A DNA stretch of 64,000 nucleotides from Bacteroidota bacterium. GTDB lineage: Bacteria; Bacteroidota; Bacteroidia; Cytophagales; Cyclobacteriaceae. Below, one piece after another: positions 62,715-64,000 of the stretch; position 1 is the first letter of the stretch; each line of letters opens with the position of its first letter. The notes beneath the pieces were generated by a model, which searched no databases, had not been told where the DNA came from, and worked only from the letters and a program-made list of their open reading frames with translations. The position numbers were made by a program, and so were the translations under genes. The stretch spans positions 253,141 to 317,140 of the forward strand of contig JBCCDY010000001.1 in assembly GCA_039030555.1 (NCBI GenBank), given 5' to 3'.

Positions 62715-64000
62715 ATGGGTTTGAGGCTATTCTTATTTGCCATACTGCTCTCCGGGCTTCCACTTTTAATGTGGTCTCAGAGTTCTACAAATTACACTGG
62801 CGATTTTTCATTTGATCAATATTCAGGCATAGCAGATTTCCAGTTTCTATTAGATGAAGGAGATACTATACTGAACGGCCCTTTTAGTTTTGAACAAATG
62901 GACTTGAAAAGGCTCATCAATGAAAGTGACGCTTTTTTGTCCTTTTCGGGCAGTTTTCAAGATGGTATTCCTAATGGTGACTGGAAATTTAAACTAGGTG
63001 ATTTTCAATTGGCCGATAGCACTGCATTCTCACAGAATTTCTATTTATCAGCTATTGATGGTGTACTAAATGAATCCCGTGGATTTATCAAAACCGGAAA
63101 ACTCGACGGTCAATGGATCCTCAAAACACATCGCTTAGAATCTTCTAAAAAAAGAGATCTCCTTTTTGAGAGTGAATTCCTTTTTAACGAAGGAGTTCCT
63201 ATGCAGGATTTTCGAATTGCAAATAGCAATTCATCATTACTGGGAAGGTTTCTAAGGGATGGTTTAGCGCATGATGTATGGTCGCTCTATTCAAATAATA
63301 CTATTGGTGTTGCAGAGAGCTGGTATTTTAATGCGGGTTTACTCGAAAAGATCATAATCAAACGAAGTGACTCCTTAGATACTTTAAGACTTTATTCAGA
63401 AGTTAATGAAGAAGAAAAAATAATCGGTTTTGACCAACAGTATTTCGATATTCTTCAATTGCATCATGAGCTTTACGCTACTGAAGACTCTTCATCACAA
63501 ACCGTTGCATTTCCGAAGGGCGCCATAGCCCTTTTTAATCAGAACATTGAGCATTATCAACAAGTCGTAGGGCTGATTTTAGCTTTGAATAACACAAATA
63601 TAATGCCTGAATTCAAGGTTAAGGTTCCTTATATGCCTTTATCAGAAGAGGAAATAATTCTAATGGATTCGATAAAGGTGCTTCTAAGAAGATCTGTCGT
63701 TTTAAGTGAGGAGCTTTCAAAAAACCCACAGCTAAACATTCTAAAATTAGCTGAACCAGAAGTATCCTTTTTAATTCAGAGCATAAAAGACATCTCGAAA
63801 TACTGGCTTGATGGGATTAACAATATTGTGAAATATTCCGAGCAAGGCCTTCTTGCTTATGTTTCCAGAGAGGATTTGGTAAATAAAATACGTGAAAGCA
63901 AAAGTATGTCTACTTCCTTTTCTGTAAACTATCTGGCTACAGATACTACGGAAAGTAAAGTGTTCGAAGGTCCCGATAGCGGTATGGTGATTCCTAAAGC
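62715..64000 (+). CDS. hypothetical secreted protein (C-terminus beyond window), MORN-like repeats
   Basis: ATG at 62715. Signal peptide MGLRLFLFAILLSGLPLLMWSQS. Repeated G-x-W segments (NGDWKF, DGQWIL, HDVWSLY). Open to the window end. Confidence 0.4.
   Translation, partial: MGLRLFLFAILLSGLPLLMWSQSSTNYTGDFSFDQYSGIADFQFLLDEGDTILNGPFSFEQMDLKRLINESDAFLSFSGSFQDGIPNGDWKFKLGDFQLADSTAFSQNFYLSAIDGVLNESRGFIKTGKLDGQWILKTHRLESSKKRDLLFESEFLFNEGVPMQDFRIANSNSSLLGRFLRDGLAHDVWSLYSNNTIGVAESWYFNAGLLEKIIIKRSDSLDTLRLYSEVNEEEKIIGFDQQYFDILQLHHELYATEDSSSQTVAFPKGAIALFNQNIEHYQQVVGLILALNNTNIMPEFKVKVPYMPLSEEEIILMDSIKVLLRRSVVLSEELSKNPQLNILKLAEPEVSFLIQSIKDISKYWLDGINNIVKYSEQGLLAYVSREDLVNKIRESKSMSTSFSVNYLATDTTESKVFEGPDSGMVIPK

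Overview
This 64-kb window looks like a low-GC (about 38-40%) Bacteroidota chromosome, probably Flavobacteriia or Cytophagia. The clues are a T9SS C-terminal sorting-domain protein, a fused SecDF of about 1000 aa, ECF sigma/FecR/TonB-dependent receptor modules, RpoN, flotillin/NfeD, and tight 4-nt gene overlaps with no obvious Shine-Dalgarno signals. Most of the window is core metabolism and housekeeping: msrB, a PLP trans-sulfuration enzyme, NADP-icd, nuoABCD, nnr, asnS, rpoN, secDF, udk, rdgB, hemB, rocD, rpmB, a long-chain acyl-CoA dehydrogenase and prfC. Accessory or unusual content sits between these in small pockets:
- A WYL/YafY regulator next to a haloalkane-dehalogenase-like hydrolase and a nitrilase.
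- A RES-Xre (ParST/MbcTA-type) toxin-antitoxin pair inserted between rdgB and hemB.
- A small pocket of DUF-only genes: DUF2256 Zn-ribbon, DUF429, DUF1801 and a DUF1772-like membrane protein.
- An AraC-regulated TonB-dependent receptor.
- A MarR-like regulator plus a di-haem cytochrome c peroxidase.
- An FeS-type (6-4) photolyase/cryptochrome.
- A beta-carbonic anhydrase, NUDIX hydrolase, PII-like protein and SbtA-like permease cluster.
- A voltage-sensor-domain-only membrane protein with a long cytoplasmic tail.
- A 1249-aa metallophosphoesterase::Omp85-like barrel fusion.
I found no CRISPR array, rRNA, convincing tRNA, transposase or integrase. I did not find one coherent, obviously novel multi-gene system. 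The most unusual single loci are the VSD-only protein, the bicarbonate-uptake-like cluster in a presumed heterotroph, the phosphoesterase-Omp85 fusion, and the DUF2256/DUF429 coupled pair.
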